Positions 10,348-18,652 of a stretch of DNA of 30,914 nt are shown here, piece by piece. A program made the position numbers and the translations under genes. Positions within the stretch are counted from its first letter, which is position 1; the number at the start of each line of letters is the position of its first letter. This stretch comes from Tubiluchus corallicola (lineage: Eukaryota > Animalia > Priapulida): assembly GCA_030141605.1 (NCBI GenBank), contig JAQGDQ010002453.1, forward strand, positions 1 to 30,914, written 5' to 3'. The notes below the pieces were generated by a model, which worked only from the letters and a program-made list of their open reading frames with translations, had not been told where the DNA came from and did not search any database.

Positions 10348-12291
10348 ATGATGTTGCGAGAAACAAAAAAAGAAATACTAATAAAATATAAGCAACTTTT
10401 AAAAGCTTCTGACAGCAAACTAACTACAGAAGACATTAAGATGGTTAAAAAAGCCTTTAACCTCGCTATAAAAAATCGTGAAAACACTAAGCAATTCTTT
10501 AATACTGAAATAGAAATACAGCATTTGTTGGATATTGCCAAAATAGTTACCACAGAAATTAATCTTGGCAGAGTTTCTATTATTTGTTCTATACTTTATG
10601 ACATTATAAAAACTAATGATATAGATGTTCAAACCATTCGAGAAATGTTTGGCGAAAGTATTTCTAAAATATATGCTAATCTTTTAGAGATTAAAAATTT
10701 ATATCAAAAAAGCACTTCTGTAAGATCTGAAAATTTTCGCAAACTGCTCCTTACTTCTACCAAGGACATAAGAGTTATTCTTATACTCATAGCCGAACGT
10801 CTACAAACAATGAGATGCTTACACAATTTTAAGCCCCAGAGTCAGATAAAGATAGCCAATGAAGCCAAAGCTATATACATTCCTTTTACTCATCGCCTTG
10901 GTTTATACAATATCAAAACTGAGATGGAGGACATTGCTTTAAAATATTTATCACCCAAAGAATATAACTATATACTCCACAAATTAAGAATCACTCAGGA
11001 TACACGTAATCAATTTATAGAAGAATTTATAACTCCAATACAAGACAAACTTAAAAAAGCTAATATTAAAGCTAGCATCAAATCACGTATAAAGTCCATT
11101 TCCTCTATACATAACAAAATACAAACTAAGGCTGTAACTTTAGAAGAAATATACGATTTATTTGCCATACGTATCATTATAGACACAGTTTATGAAAATG
11201 AGAAATATGAATGCTGGAAAGCTTATTCTATCATCACTGATACCTATCAGCCTAATATAGATAGACTGAGAGACTGGATATCCATACCCAAATCTAACGG
11301 CTATGAATCACTACATATTACAGTGCTTGGGCCCCATAAAAGATGGGTAGAGGTGCAAATACGCACACATCGAATGGATGAAGTAGCAGAAAAGGGACTT
11401 GCAGCACATTGGAAGTATAAGGGACAAAAAGAAGAACAAAAAACAGACCAAGTTATCAATAATATCCGAAACATATTAGAAACTCCAGACCTTGATATTA
11501 GTGAGTTTCTCAATGATTTAAAACTTAATCTATACGACGATGAAATCTTCGTTTTTACCCCTAATGGAGAGCTGAAAAAATTGCCCAAAAAAGCTACTGT
11601 ACTTGATTTTGCCTATCATATACATACAGAACTTGGAACACGATGTACGGGAGGCACTATAAATAATAAGAACGTATCTATCAAACATATACTTCATAGT
11701 GGGGATATTGTTAATATTATTACTTCCAAAAACCAACAACCCACATCTAATTGGCTCAACATAGCTATTACTGATAAAGCCAAAGCAAAAATAAGACAAA
11801 ATATAAGAGAACAGCAGCAGAAAGAAGCACAAGAAGGGAAAGAGATACTAGTTAGAAGGTTGAAAAATTGGAAAATAGAAAACAATAAGAAAACTATTAC
11901 TACTATCATTAAGCACCTGAGATATAAAACTATCACAGACTTTTTTTATGACCTTGCTCATAATAAGATAAATATACAAACTATTAAAAACATATTCGCC
12001 AAAGACAATGCTATACCTAGCGCCAGAGAAAAAACAAAGGTAAAGAAAAGTAAAAATCTCAAAACCTCACCTCAAAACAATGTACTCATTTTTGAAAAAG
12101 GAGCTTCTGATATAGATTATACCTTTGCCCAATGCTGTAAACCTATATACGGAGACAAAATATTTGGTTTTACCACTATCAGCGAAGGAGTAAAAATACA
12201 CAGAGCACAATGTCCTAATGCCAAAGAATTGAAACAAAAATACTCTTACCGAATCATAAAAGTAAAATGGAGCAAGACATTAAATAAATAA
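10348..12291 (+). CDS. relA: Long RelA/SpoT homologue, (p)ppGpp synthetase with degenerate HD domain and no ACT domain
   Basis: Synthetase motifs YDLFAIRII, RDWISIPKSNGYESLH and EVQIRT; AAHWKYK; TGS domain FVFTP..GATVLDFAY-like; CC/ZFD domain AQCCKP..IH...CPN. 647 aa. Confidence 0.9.
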   Translation: MMLRETKKEILIKYKQLLKASDSKLTTEDIKMVKKAFNLAIKNRENTKQFFNTEIEIQHLLDIAKIVTTEINLGRVSIICSILYDIIKTNDIDVQTIREMFGESISKIYANLLEIKNLYQKSTSVRSENFRKLLLTSTKDIRVILILIAERLQTMRCLHNFKPQSQIKIANEAKAIYIPFTHRLGLYNIKTEMEDIALKYLSPKEYNYILHKLRITQDTRNQFIEEFITPIQDKLKKANIKASIKSRIKSISSIHNKIQTKAVTLEEIYDLFAIRIIIDTVYENEKYECWKAYSIITDTYQPNIDRLRDWISIPKSNGYESLHITVLGPHKRWVEVQIRTHRMDEVAEKGLAAHWKYKGQKEEQKTDQVINNIRNILETPDLDISEFLNDLKLNLYDDEIFVFTPNGELKKLPKKATVLDFAYHIHTELGTRCTGGTINNKNVSIKHILHSGDIVNIITSKNQQPTSNWLNIAITDKAKAKIRQNIREQQQKEAQEGKEILVRRLKNWKIENNKKTITTIIKHLRYKTITDFFYDLAHNKINIQTIKNIFAKDNAIPSAREKTKVKKSKNLKTSPQNNVLIFEKGASDIDYTFAQCCKPIYGDKIFGFTTISEGVKIHRAQCPNAKELKQKYSYRIIKVKWSKTLNK

Positions 12292-13839
12292 TTTCAATTC
12301 GTTACTTTTCTTATCAAAAACCTTAAAATCTAAGAAATTATACGACCCATCTTCTAATATTTTTATAAATGCGATAAATTTCAACATCCACTTCAATTTG
12401 ATAGACAATATTCCTTTTTGTAAATGCGAAGCCACAATAGGATGTACTCTTACTATTATAGATTTGTAGCCTAACTCCTTTACAAAATATCCCAGTGAAC
12501 TGTAAATTTTATCCACAATTAAAACAGGAGGTTCTACTTTGCCTGATCCTAAACAACTTGGGCATACTCCTCTTCTATCAATATTTAGCTCTGGCCGCAC
12601 ACGCTGACGAGTGATCTCCATCACACAAAACTTACTCAAAGGCAAGATATTGTGTTTAGCTTTGTCATCATTCATTGCCTCTAGCATTTTTTTATAAACA
12701 ACCCGCAGGCTTTCAACTTCTTGCATATCAATGAAATCTACAACAACAATCCCCCCCATATCTCTTAATCTCAATTGCCTTGCAATTTCTTCTGCTGCAA
12801 TCAAATTCACCCGCAAAGCATTTTCTTCTTGCTCTGCAGACTTTCTCAAAGCCTTGCTGCCACTGTTCACATCAATAGCGTGTAGGGCTTCCGTATGTTC
12901 AATTACCAAATATACTCCTTTCTCACATGTGACAGTTTTACCAAATGACATATCGATCTGTTTATTTATGCCAAAATTCTCCAAAATAGAAGTATGCTCA
13001 TTATCATACAACCTTACAATTTTGGCTTTCTCAGGGGCAATACTAGAAATATATCCTTTTACTTCCTCATACGCTACCTTATCATCTACATAGATATGAT
13101 TAAAAGAAGAATCAAAAATATCTCTCAACATAGAGATGGTTCTACTATGCTCGCTTATGATTAATTGAGGCTTTTTTATTTGTTGTTGTTTTATTTTCTT
13201 TAATGAGTTCTCAAATCGTTGTACCAGTTCTTTCAATTCTTGGTCTAATTCTGCAACTTTTTTATCTGTCGCTACAGTCCTGATAATCACCCCATAATTA
13301 TTAGGTTTGATGCTGTGCAATAATTTACGGAGTCTATCACGCTCTTTTATATTGGTGATTTTTTTGGATAGAGAGACCTTATTAGAAAAGGGAATTAATA
13401 TTAAATTACGACCTGTAACAAAAATCTTAGAAGTCAACCTTGCTCCTTTTGTAGAAATACGCTCTTTAGCAATTTGAACTAAAATTTCCTCACCCCCAGT
13501 AATATGTTCTTTGATTTTTCCTTCTTTGGGCAGACGCTCCTCTAACTGGACACTTGCAACAGGGTGAAATTTCTTTCTAATATCCTTAATATACTTTTTT
13601 ATAGGGTATAACTGAGGGTTCAAGTCTGAGTAGTGCAAAAAACCATCTTTATCCTGACCAATACTTACAAAGGAAGCATTTATGCCTGTCATTAAAGATG
13701 TTACTTTACCTAAAAAAACATCACCCACTTTATAGTCTACGTCATTTCTAACCTTCGCAAGTTCTATTAAACGTGTTGCTCTCAACCTCGCAATCGTTAC
13801 ATTCTCAGCGGTTACACTGATAATTAACTCATTTTTCAC
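12280..13839 (-). CDS. rng: Rne/Rng family ribonuclease (RNase G-sized)
   Basis: S1 domain (DGFLHYSDL), IEHTEAL.AIDVNSG, ARQLRLRDMGGIVVVDFIDM, EITRQR and the CxxC zinc link. GTG start; typical HU-rng linkage. Confidence 0.93.
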   Translation of the reverse strand: MKNELIISVTAENVTIARLRATRLIELAKVRNDVDYKVGDVFLGKVTSLMTGINASFVSIGQDKDGFLHYSDLNPQLYPIKKYIKDIRKKFHPVASVQLEERLPKEGKIKEHITGGEEILVQIAKERISTKGARLTSKIFVTGRNLILIPFSNKVSLSKKITNIKERDRLRKLLHSIKPNNYGVIIRTVATDKKVAELDQELKELVQRFENSLKKIKQQQIKKPQLIISEHSRTISMLRDIFDSSFNHIYVDDKVAYEEVKGYISSIAPEKAKIVRLYDNEHTSILENFGINKQIDMSFGKTVTCEKGVYLVIEHTEALHAIDVNSGSKALRKSAEQEENALRVNLIAAEEIARQLRLRDMGGIVVVDFIDMQEVESLRVVYKKMLEAMNDDKAKHNILPLSKFCVMEITRQRVRPELNIDRRGVCPSCLGSGKVEPPVLIVDKIYSSLGYFVKELGYKSIIVRVHPIVASHLQKGILSIKLKWMLKFIAFIKILEDGSYNFLDFKVFDKKSNELKLFI

Positions 13840-14028
13840 TACTTCATTGTTTTTAGGATTTAACTTTGAAAATTAATCTCACTAATGAAGTATCAAATAA
13901 ACCCGTAAAAAGATACAATAAGGCATTACAAATAGAATGTAAAACTATCTTTATTAAAATAGTAGCCTTATAAAGTCTTTAAAAACCCTTATATTAAAAA
14001 CAGAAAAGAAACACAGGAAAAATAAAAA

Positions 14029-14118
14029 TTATTTCTTCTTATGTCTATTTTTTCTTAGCCTTTTCTTTCTTTTGTGAGTGGCTATCTTATGTCTTTTTCT
14101 CTTCTTCCCGTTTGGCAT
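14029..14118 (-). CDS. Small basic ribosomal protein bS22 (AURKAIP1/COX24/mS38-like)
   Basis: Not in the ORF track. Translates as MPNGKKRKRHKIATHKRKKRLRKNRHKKK* (29 aa), matching the Bacteroidota MP.GKKRKRHK.ATHKRKKR pattern, 17 nt downstream of the HU gene. Confidence 0.88.
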   Translation of the reverse strand: MPNGKKRKRHKIATHKRKKRLRKNRHKKK

Positions 14119-14135
14119 AACTTAAATTTTACCGT

Positions 14136-14420
14136 TTATTTTATACTATCTTTTACTTCATTAACAAAAGATTTAGAAGGCTTAAAAGCTGGTATATGAT
14201 GCTCAGGAATAGTAATTGTTGTATTTTTAGAAATATTTCTTGCCGTTTTTTTGGCTCTTTTTTTTACTACAAAACTCCCGAAACCTCTTAGATAAACATT
14301 TTCATCTTTTATCAATGATTCTTTCACTACTCCCATAAAAGATTCTACAATTTTTAATACAGCAATCTTTTCCATTCCAGTTTCTTTTGCAATACTATTT
14401 ACAACATCTACTTTCGTCAT
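14136..14420 (-). CDS. hup: HU family DNA-binding protein
   Basis: 94 aa with VYLRGFGSF.VKKRA.KTARNISK....IP.H.IPAFKP, the Bacteroidota HU signature. Confidence 0.93.
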   Translation of the reverse strand: MTKVDVVNSIAKETGMEKIAVLKIVESFMGVVKESLIKDENVYLRGFGSFVVKKRAKKTARNISKNTTITIPEHHIPAFKPSKSFVNEVKDSIK

Positions 14421-14485
14421 ACCTCTAAATCGTTATTCTATAAATTTAATCTTATTTTTCTTTTTATGTTAAGAAATGTAGAACG

Positions 14486-14493
14486 CAAAAGTA
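14486..14493 (-). promoter_or_regulatory. Bacteroidota sigma70 -7 element for the HU-bS22-rng genes
   Basis: Minus strand TACTTTTG matches TAnnTTTG, about 65 nt upstream of the HU ATG. Confidence 0.6.
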
Positions 14494-14930
14494 ATAAAAA
14501 AATCCTAATCATAAAATAAATAATCATAATTTTGTTTTTAAAAACTATCATCGCCTATTCTATAAACTTAGGAAAATTATAGTCTAATTCTACTACAAGG
14601 TTTTTTCCTTGTCAATTTAGACTATTGCTACTCATTGTCATTTTATTTTATTATATTATTAAAATAAAGCAATAGTATGTCTAGCTCAAATGTTTTTTTT
14701 AAGAAATTAAGGTTGTTGTTTTTTGAACTACACTAAGTTTATCTAATTTAGACAGACGGCTATATACTTGACTAAATTTATAGAAATAAAAATACATCTT
14801 CAAAGTATTAACCATTTTAAAACAGCTTAGCCTAAAATTTATAGTTGTAAGTGTTCCAAACTATTAAAAGGTTGCTTGTTCTATTATTTACATCTTTTTT
14901 CTTACAACTTTTAGTCGTAGAAAGAAGGTG

Positions 14931-14938
14931 CAAAGTTA
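14931..14938 (-). promoter_or_regulatory. Bacteroidota -7 promoter element pointing into the efp-HU intergenic region
   Basis: Minus strand TAACTTTG(CA). No credible ORF lies immediately downstream. Confidence 0.4.
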
Positions 14939-14996
14939 AAGCAAAATGCTATTTATGCTTGTAACATATTATGCATATAGTACAATAGTGTTTTTT

Positions 14997-15569
14997 TTAT
15001 TCCTTTTTTACTCTTTCTATGTAACTATTAGTTCTTGTATCTACTTTTATTAGCTCGCCATTGTTTATAAACAGAGGAACATTTACTGTTGCTCCTGTTT
15101 CTACTGTGGCAGGTTTTAATGATGAAGTAGATGAAGTATCGCCTCTTATTCCTGGTTCTGTGTAAGTTATTTCTAATACAACATGTTGAGGGAGTTCTAC
15201 ATATAGAATCTCTTCTGTATCAGCGTGAATTACAACTTCTATTTCTTGTCCGTCTTTTAATAAGTCTGGAGCGTTAATAAGACTTTTTTCTACGGCTATT
15301 TGTTCGTAGGTTTTTGTGTGCATTAAATTGTAGCCTGTATCATCTTTATAAAGGAATTGGTAAGGTCGTCTTTCTACTCTAGCTTCTGTTATTTTTACTC
15401 CTGCAGTAAAAGTATTGTCTATGACTTTACCTGTTTTTACATTCTTTAGTTTTGTTCTCACAAAAGCAGGTCCTTTACCTGGTTTTACATGTTGAAATTG
15501 GATGATGGTATATAGCCCATTATTATACTCTATACACATTCCATTTTTAAAATCTCCCGTTGTTGCCAT
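14997..15569 (-). CDS. efp: Elongation factor P
   Basis: Motifs [36 protein letters not shown] and VPLFI..G..IKVDTR. The start was moved to ATG 15569 ([10 protein letters not shown]) because the longer ORF start overlaps the promoter element. Confidence 0.97.
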   Translation of the reverse strand: MATTGDFKNGMCIEYNNGLYTIIQFQHVKPGKGPAFVRTKLKNVKTGKVIDNTFTAGVKITEARVERRPYQFLYKDDTGYNLMHTKTYEQIAVEKSLINAPDLLKDGQEIEVVIHADTEEILYVELPQHVVLEITYTEPGIRGDTSSTSSLKPATVETGATVNVPLFINNGELIKVDTRTNSYIERVKKE

Positions 15570-15626
15570 AATTTTTAATATTATATTTAAGATACCTTCT
15601 CTACACAGGAAAGGCATACAGAAACA

Positions 15627-15634
15627 CAAAGGTA
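15627..15634 (-). promoter_or_regulatory. -7 promoter element of efp
   Basis: Minus strand TACCTTTG matches TAnnTTTG, about 58 nt upstream of the ATG. Confidence 0.65.
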
Positions 15635-15770
15635 ATATTTTTTGAAAATTATAAAGATGTTGTAAGGAGAAAACGACAATTATATATTATAAATTCATTA
15701 TTCTTTTAGTGCTTACATATAATTTTTTGATATTTTATACGCATTAAATATTTGCTTGTTACAACTTTCT

Positions 15771-15789
15771 ATTTAGTCGTAGACTAAAT
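15771..15789. promoter_or_regulatory. 19-bp palindrome, candidate regulator binding site in the efp/ugd divergent region
   Basis: ATTTAGTC-GTA-GACTAAAT, a perfect 8-3-8 inverted repeat. Confidence 0.35.
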
Positions 15790-16041
15790 TCGCTATACTT
15801 TTTTTTGAATAAAAAGTATTTAAATAGAAATTTGCATGAACTTAAAAATGAAAATGCTGGGTAAAAAAGCACATTTTATTTAAATAGTTGGTTTTATCTT
15901 ACTCTGTCTTTTTGCATTGATATAGCATAGTGTATGTATTTCTAAACGTAATTTTTTTGTCAAATACGTGCACAATATTCAGATATTATGTATTATTATT
16001 GCAGAAAATAAAATGTATCTTGTTGTAAAAATTTTAAAAAT

Positions 16042-17391
16042 ATGAAAATATCCATAGTAGGAACGGGATATGTGGGCTTGGTATCCGGAACTTGTTTTGC
16101 AGAGACAGGTGTAGAAGTGATTTGTATAGATGTAGATGAAAATAAAATAAATAATCTAAAAGAAGGTATTATTCCCATTTATGAGCCGGGACTAGAAAGA
16201 ATGGTAAAAAACAATGTAGAGAAAAAAAGATTGTTTTTTACCACAAGTTTAAAAGATTCTCTCAATGAAAGTGAAGCAATATTTATTGCGGTAGGAACAC
16301 CTCCTGATGAAGATGGTAGTGCTGACTTGCAATATGTATTAGCAGTAGCCCAAGAGATAGGACAAAACCTCAATGACTATATTGTGGTGGCAACCAAAAG
16401 CACGGTACCAGTAGGAACGGCTGAAAAGATAAAAGCCGTTATACAAGAAGAGCTGGACAAAAGAGGTGTAGAAGTAGAATTTGATGTAGCCTCCAACCCT
16501 GAATTCCTAAAAGAAGGAGCTGCTATAAATGATTTCTTAAAGCCTGATAGAATAGTAATAGGTGTAGAAAGTAAAAGAGCAGAAAAAACACTACGCAAAC
16601 TCTACAAGCCTTTTTTGTTGAATAATCATCCTATTGTATTTATGGATATTGTTTCTTCTGAACTTACTAAGTATGCTGCTAACTCTATGCTTGCTACTAA
16701 AATATCCTTTATGAATGATATTGCTAACCTGTGCGAGATAGTAGGGGCTGACATTAATATGATAAGAAAGGGAATAGGTAGCGACACGCGCATAGGAAAC
16801 AAATTTCTCTATGCAGGAGCAGGTTACGGAGGTTCTTGCTTCCCTAAGGATGTCAAAGCTTTGATAAAAACAGGTAATGAACAGAATCATCATTTGCGTA
16901 TATTACAAGCTGTGGAGGATGTGAACAACCAGCAGAAATATTCTATTTTTGAAAAGATAAAAAAACATTTTAACGGCGACCTACAAGGTAAGAAAATAGC
17001 TCTATGGGGCTTGTCTTTTAAGCCACACACTGATGATATGAGAGAAGCACCTTCACTTAGTATTATCAATGCCTTGATAGATAATGGAGCTACTGTTGTA
17101 GCCTACGACCCTGTTGCAATGGATGAAGCAAAACGAATATTGGAAGATAAAATATCTTATTCTAATGACCAGTATGAAACAACAATAGATGCTGATGCTC
17201 TTGTGATTGTTACAGAGTGGCCAGATTTTAAAATACTTAGGTTTAAAGTGTTGGAGAAGCTAATGAAAAATAAGTTGATATTTGACGGGCGTAATATTTA
17301 TGACCGTGAAGATATGGAGGATAATGGCTATACTTATTACTGTATTGGAAGAAAGGGCGTTTTACAAGAGCAAATGCAAAGACAGTTTTAG
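16042..17391 (+). CDS. ugd: UDP-glucose 6-dehydrogenase (UDP-glucose/GDP-mannose dehydrogenase family)
   Basis: Rossmann motif GTGYVGL, KSTVPVGT, SNPEFLKEG, catalytic GYGGSCFPKD and FKPHTDDMRE. Confidence 0.95.
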   Translation: MKISIVGTGYVGLVSGTCFAETGVEVICIDVDENKINNLKEGIIPIYEPGLERMVKNNVEKKRLFFTTSLKDSLNESEAIFIAVGTPPDEDGSADLQYVLAVAQEIGQNLNDYIVVATKSTVPVGTAEKIKAVIQEELDKRGVEVEFDVASNPEFLKEGAAINDFLKPDRIVIGVESKRAEKTLRKLYKPFLLNNHPIVFMDIVSSELTKYAANSMLATKISFMNDIANLCEIVGADINMIRKGIGSDTRIGNKFLYAGAGYGGSCFPKDVKALIKTGNEQNHHLRILQAVEDVNNQQKYSIFEKIKKHFNGDLQGKKIALWGLSFKPHTDDMREAPSLSIINALIDNGATVVAYDPVAMDEAKRILEDKISYSNDQYETTIDADALVIVTEWPDFKILRFKVLEKLMKNKLIFDGRNIYDREDMEDNGYTYYCIGRKGVLQEQMQRQF

Positions 17392-17445
17392 TAATATTGC
17401 ATAGTGTTATTGAAGTACTACAGAATCATAGAGAATATGTTCATA

Positions 17446-17487
17446 AAAAAAGACAAGATAAAGTTTTTGCTTTGTCTTGTCTTTTTT
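17446..17487. terminator. Intrinsic, probably bidirectional, terminator after ugd
   Basis: 18-bp stem AAAAAAGACAAGATAAAG / CTTTGTCTTGTCTTTTTT with one G-U pair, a 6-nt loop and flanking A and T tracts. Confidence 0.8.
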
Positions 17488-17522
17488 ATAAGTGGGCTGC
17501 AAAAATAAAACTGTATTTTCCT

Positions 17523-17554
17523 TTTGCAAACCAGCTTAAAAAATACTACTTTTG
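17523..17554 (+). promoter_or_regulatory. sigma70 promoter of the carA operon
   Basis: TTTG (17523-17526), 20-nt spacer, TACTTTTG (17547-17554): a full Bacteroidota -33/-7 consensus 17 nt before the carA ATG. Confidence 0.75.
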
Positions 17555-17571
17555 CAAAAATTATATGCAAT

Positions 17572-18651
17572 ATGAAGAAAGCAAGACTAGTACTAGAAAA
17601 TGGTTTAGAATTTGAAGGTACATCATTTGGCTACGAAGACTCTATAGGAGGCGAAGTTGTATTCAACACAGCAATGACTGGCTATCCCGAAAGCCTTACA
17701 GATCCCTCATACAAAGGACAAATACTTGTCTCCAACTACCCTCTAATAGGTAATTACGGCGTACCTGCTGACACTATAAAAGATGGGCTACCACAGTTTT
17801 TTGAATCCGACAAGATACATATATCCGCTCTCATCATTGCCGAATATTCCTTTGAATACAGCCACTGGAACGCTTCTGAAAGCCTCGCATCGTGGCTTAA
17901 AAAGAATAAAATTCCCGCCTTATATGGTATAGACACACGGGCTTTGACCAAGATACTGCGAGAAAAAGGAACTATGCTGGGAAAAATAATAATAGACGAT
18001 GACATCGTAGATTATTACGACCCCAGCAAAGACAACCTCGTAGCACAAGTAAGCACACAAAAAAAAGAAGTGTATGGCAATGGAGAATATCGTATAATAC
18101 TGATAGACTGTGGCGTAAAATACAACATTATTCGCTGTTTATTAGAAAAAAAATCCACTATCATAAGAGTGCCGTGGGATTATGATTTCTCAAAAGAAAA
18201 CTACGATGGCTTATTTATATCCAATGGACCAGGCGACCCCAAACACTGCCAAACAACAATAAACAATCTAAAAAACGCCATTAAACAAGACAAACCCATA
18301 ATGGGCATCTGTTTAGGAACACAATTGATGGCATTGGCAGCAGGAGCTGATACTTTCAAATTGAAGTATGGACACCGTAGCCACAATCAACCCGTATTGA
18401 AACAAGGCACACAACGCTGTTACATCACTTCGCAAAATCACGGCTACGCAATAGACCACAGCACACTACCAAAAAACTGGGAAGCTCTTTTTATTAACAT
18501 CAACGACAATACTTGCGAAGGTATTCAACACAAAACTAAACCCTTTTTTGCATCACAATTTCATCCAGAAGCATCAAGCGGTCCAGTAGATACAGAATAC
18601 CTCTTTGATAACTTTATTGAGAATATAAAAAACTATAAGGCAAAGAAATAG
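17572..18651 (+). CDS. carA: Carbamoyl-phosphate synthase small (glutaminase) subunit
   Basis: GEVVFNTAMTGYPESLTDPSY.GQ, SNGPGDP, catalytic GICLG, TSQNHGYA and QFHPEA. Start set to ATG 17572 (MKKARLVLE) because the promoter lies within the longer ORF extension. Confidence 0.97.
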   Translation: MKKARLVLENGLEFEGTSFGYEDSIGGEVVFNTAMTGYPESLTDPSYKGQILVSNYPLIGNYGVPADTIKDGLPQFFESDKIHISALIIAEYSFEYSHWNASESLASWLKKNKIPALYGIDTRALTKILREKGTMLGKIIIDDDIVDYYDPSKDNLVAQVSTQKKEVYGNGEYRIILIDCGVKYNIIRCLLEKKSTIIRVPWDYDFSKENYDGLFISNGPGDPKHCQTTINNLKNAIKQDKPIMGICLGTQLMALAAGADTFKLKYGHRSHNQPVLKQGTQRCYITSQNHGYAIDHSTLPKNWEALFININDNTCEGIQHKTKPFFASQFHPEASSGPVDTEYLFDNFIENIKNYKAKK

Positions 18652-18652
18652 A

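Noticed and set aside
14699-14797. 32-codon minus-strand ORF MYFYFYKFSQVYSRLSKLDKLSVVQKTTTLIS
   Set aside because: It has no motif and is of a length expected by chance in AT-rich DNA.
15836-15925. Signal-peptide-like reading MNLKMKMLGKKAHFI*IVGFILLCLFALI*
   Set aside because: It is interrupted by stops and has no downstream coding trace, and T-rich DNA explains the hydrophobicity.
15965-15995. AGATATTATGTA, loosely like the XerD arm of a dif site, near a skew change
   Set aside because: It lacks TTATGTTAAAT and a matching XerC arm at the required spacing.
17397-17615. 72-aa ORF between ugd and carA
   Set aside because: It runs through a terminator and the carA promoter and overlaps carA out of frame.
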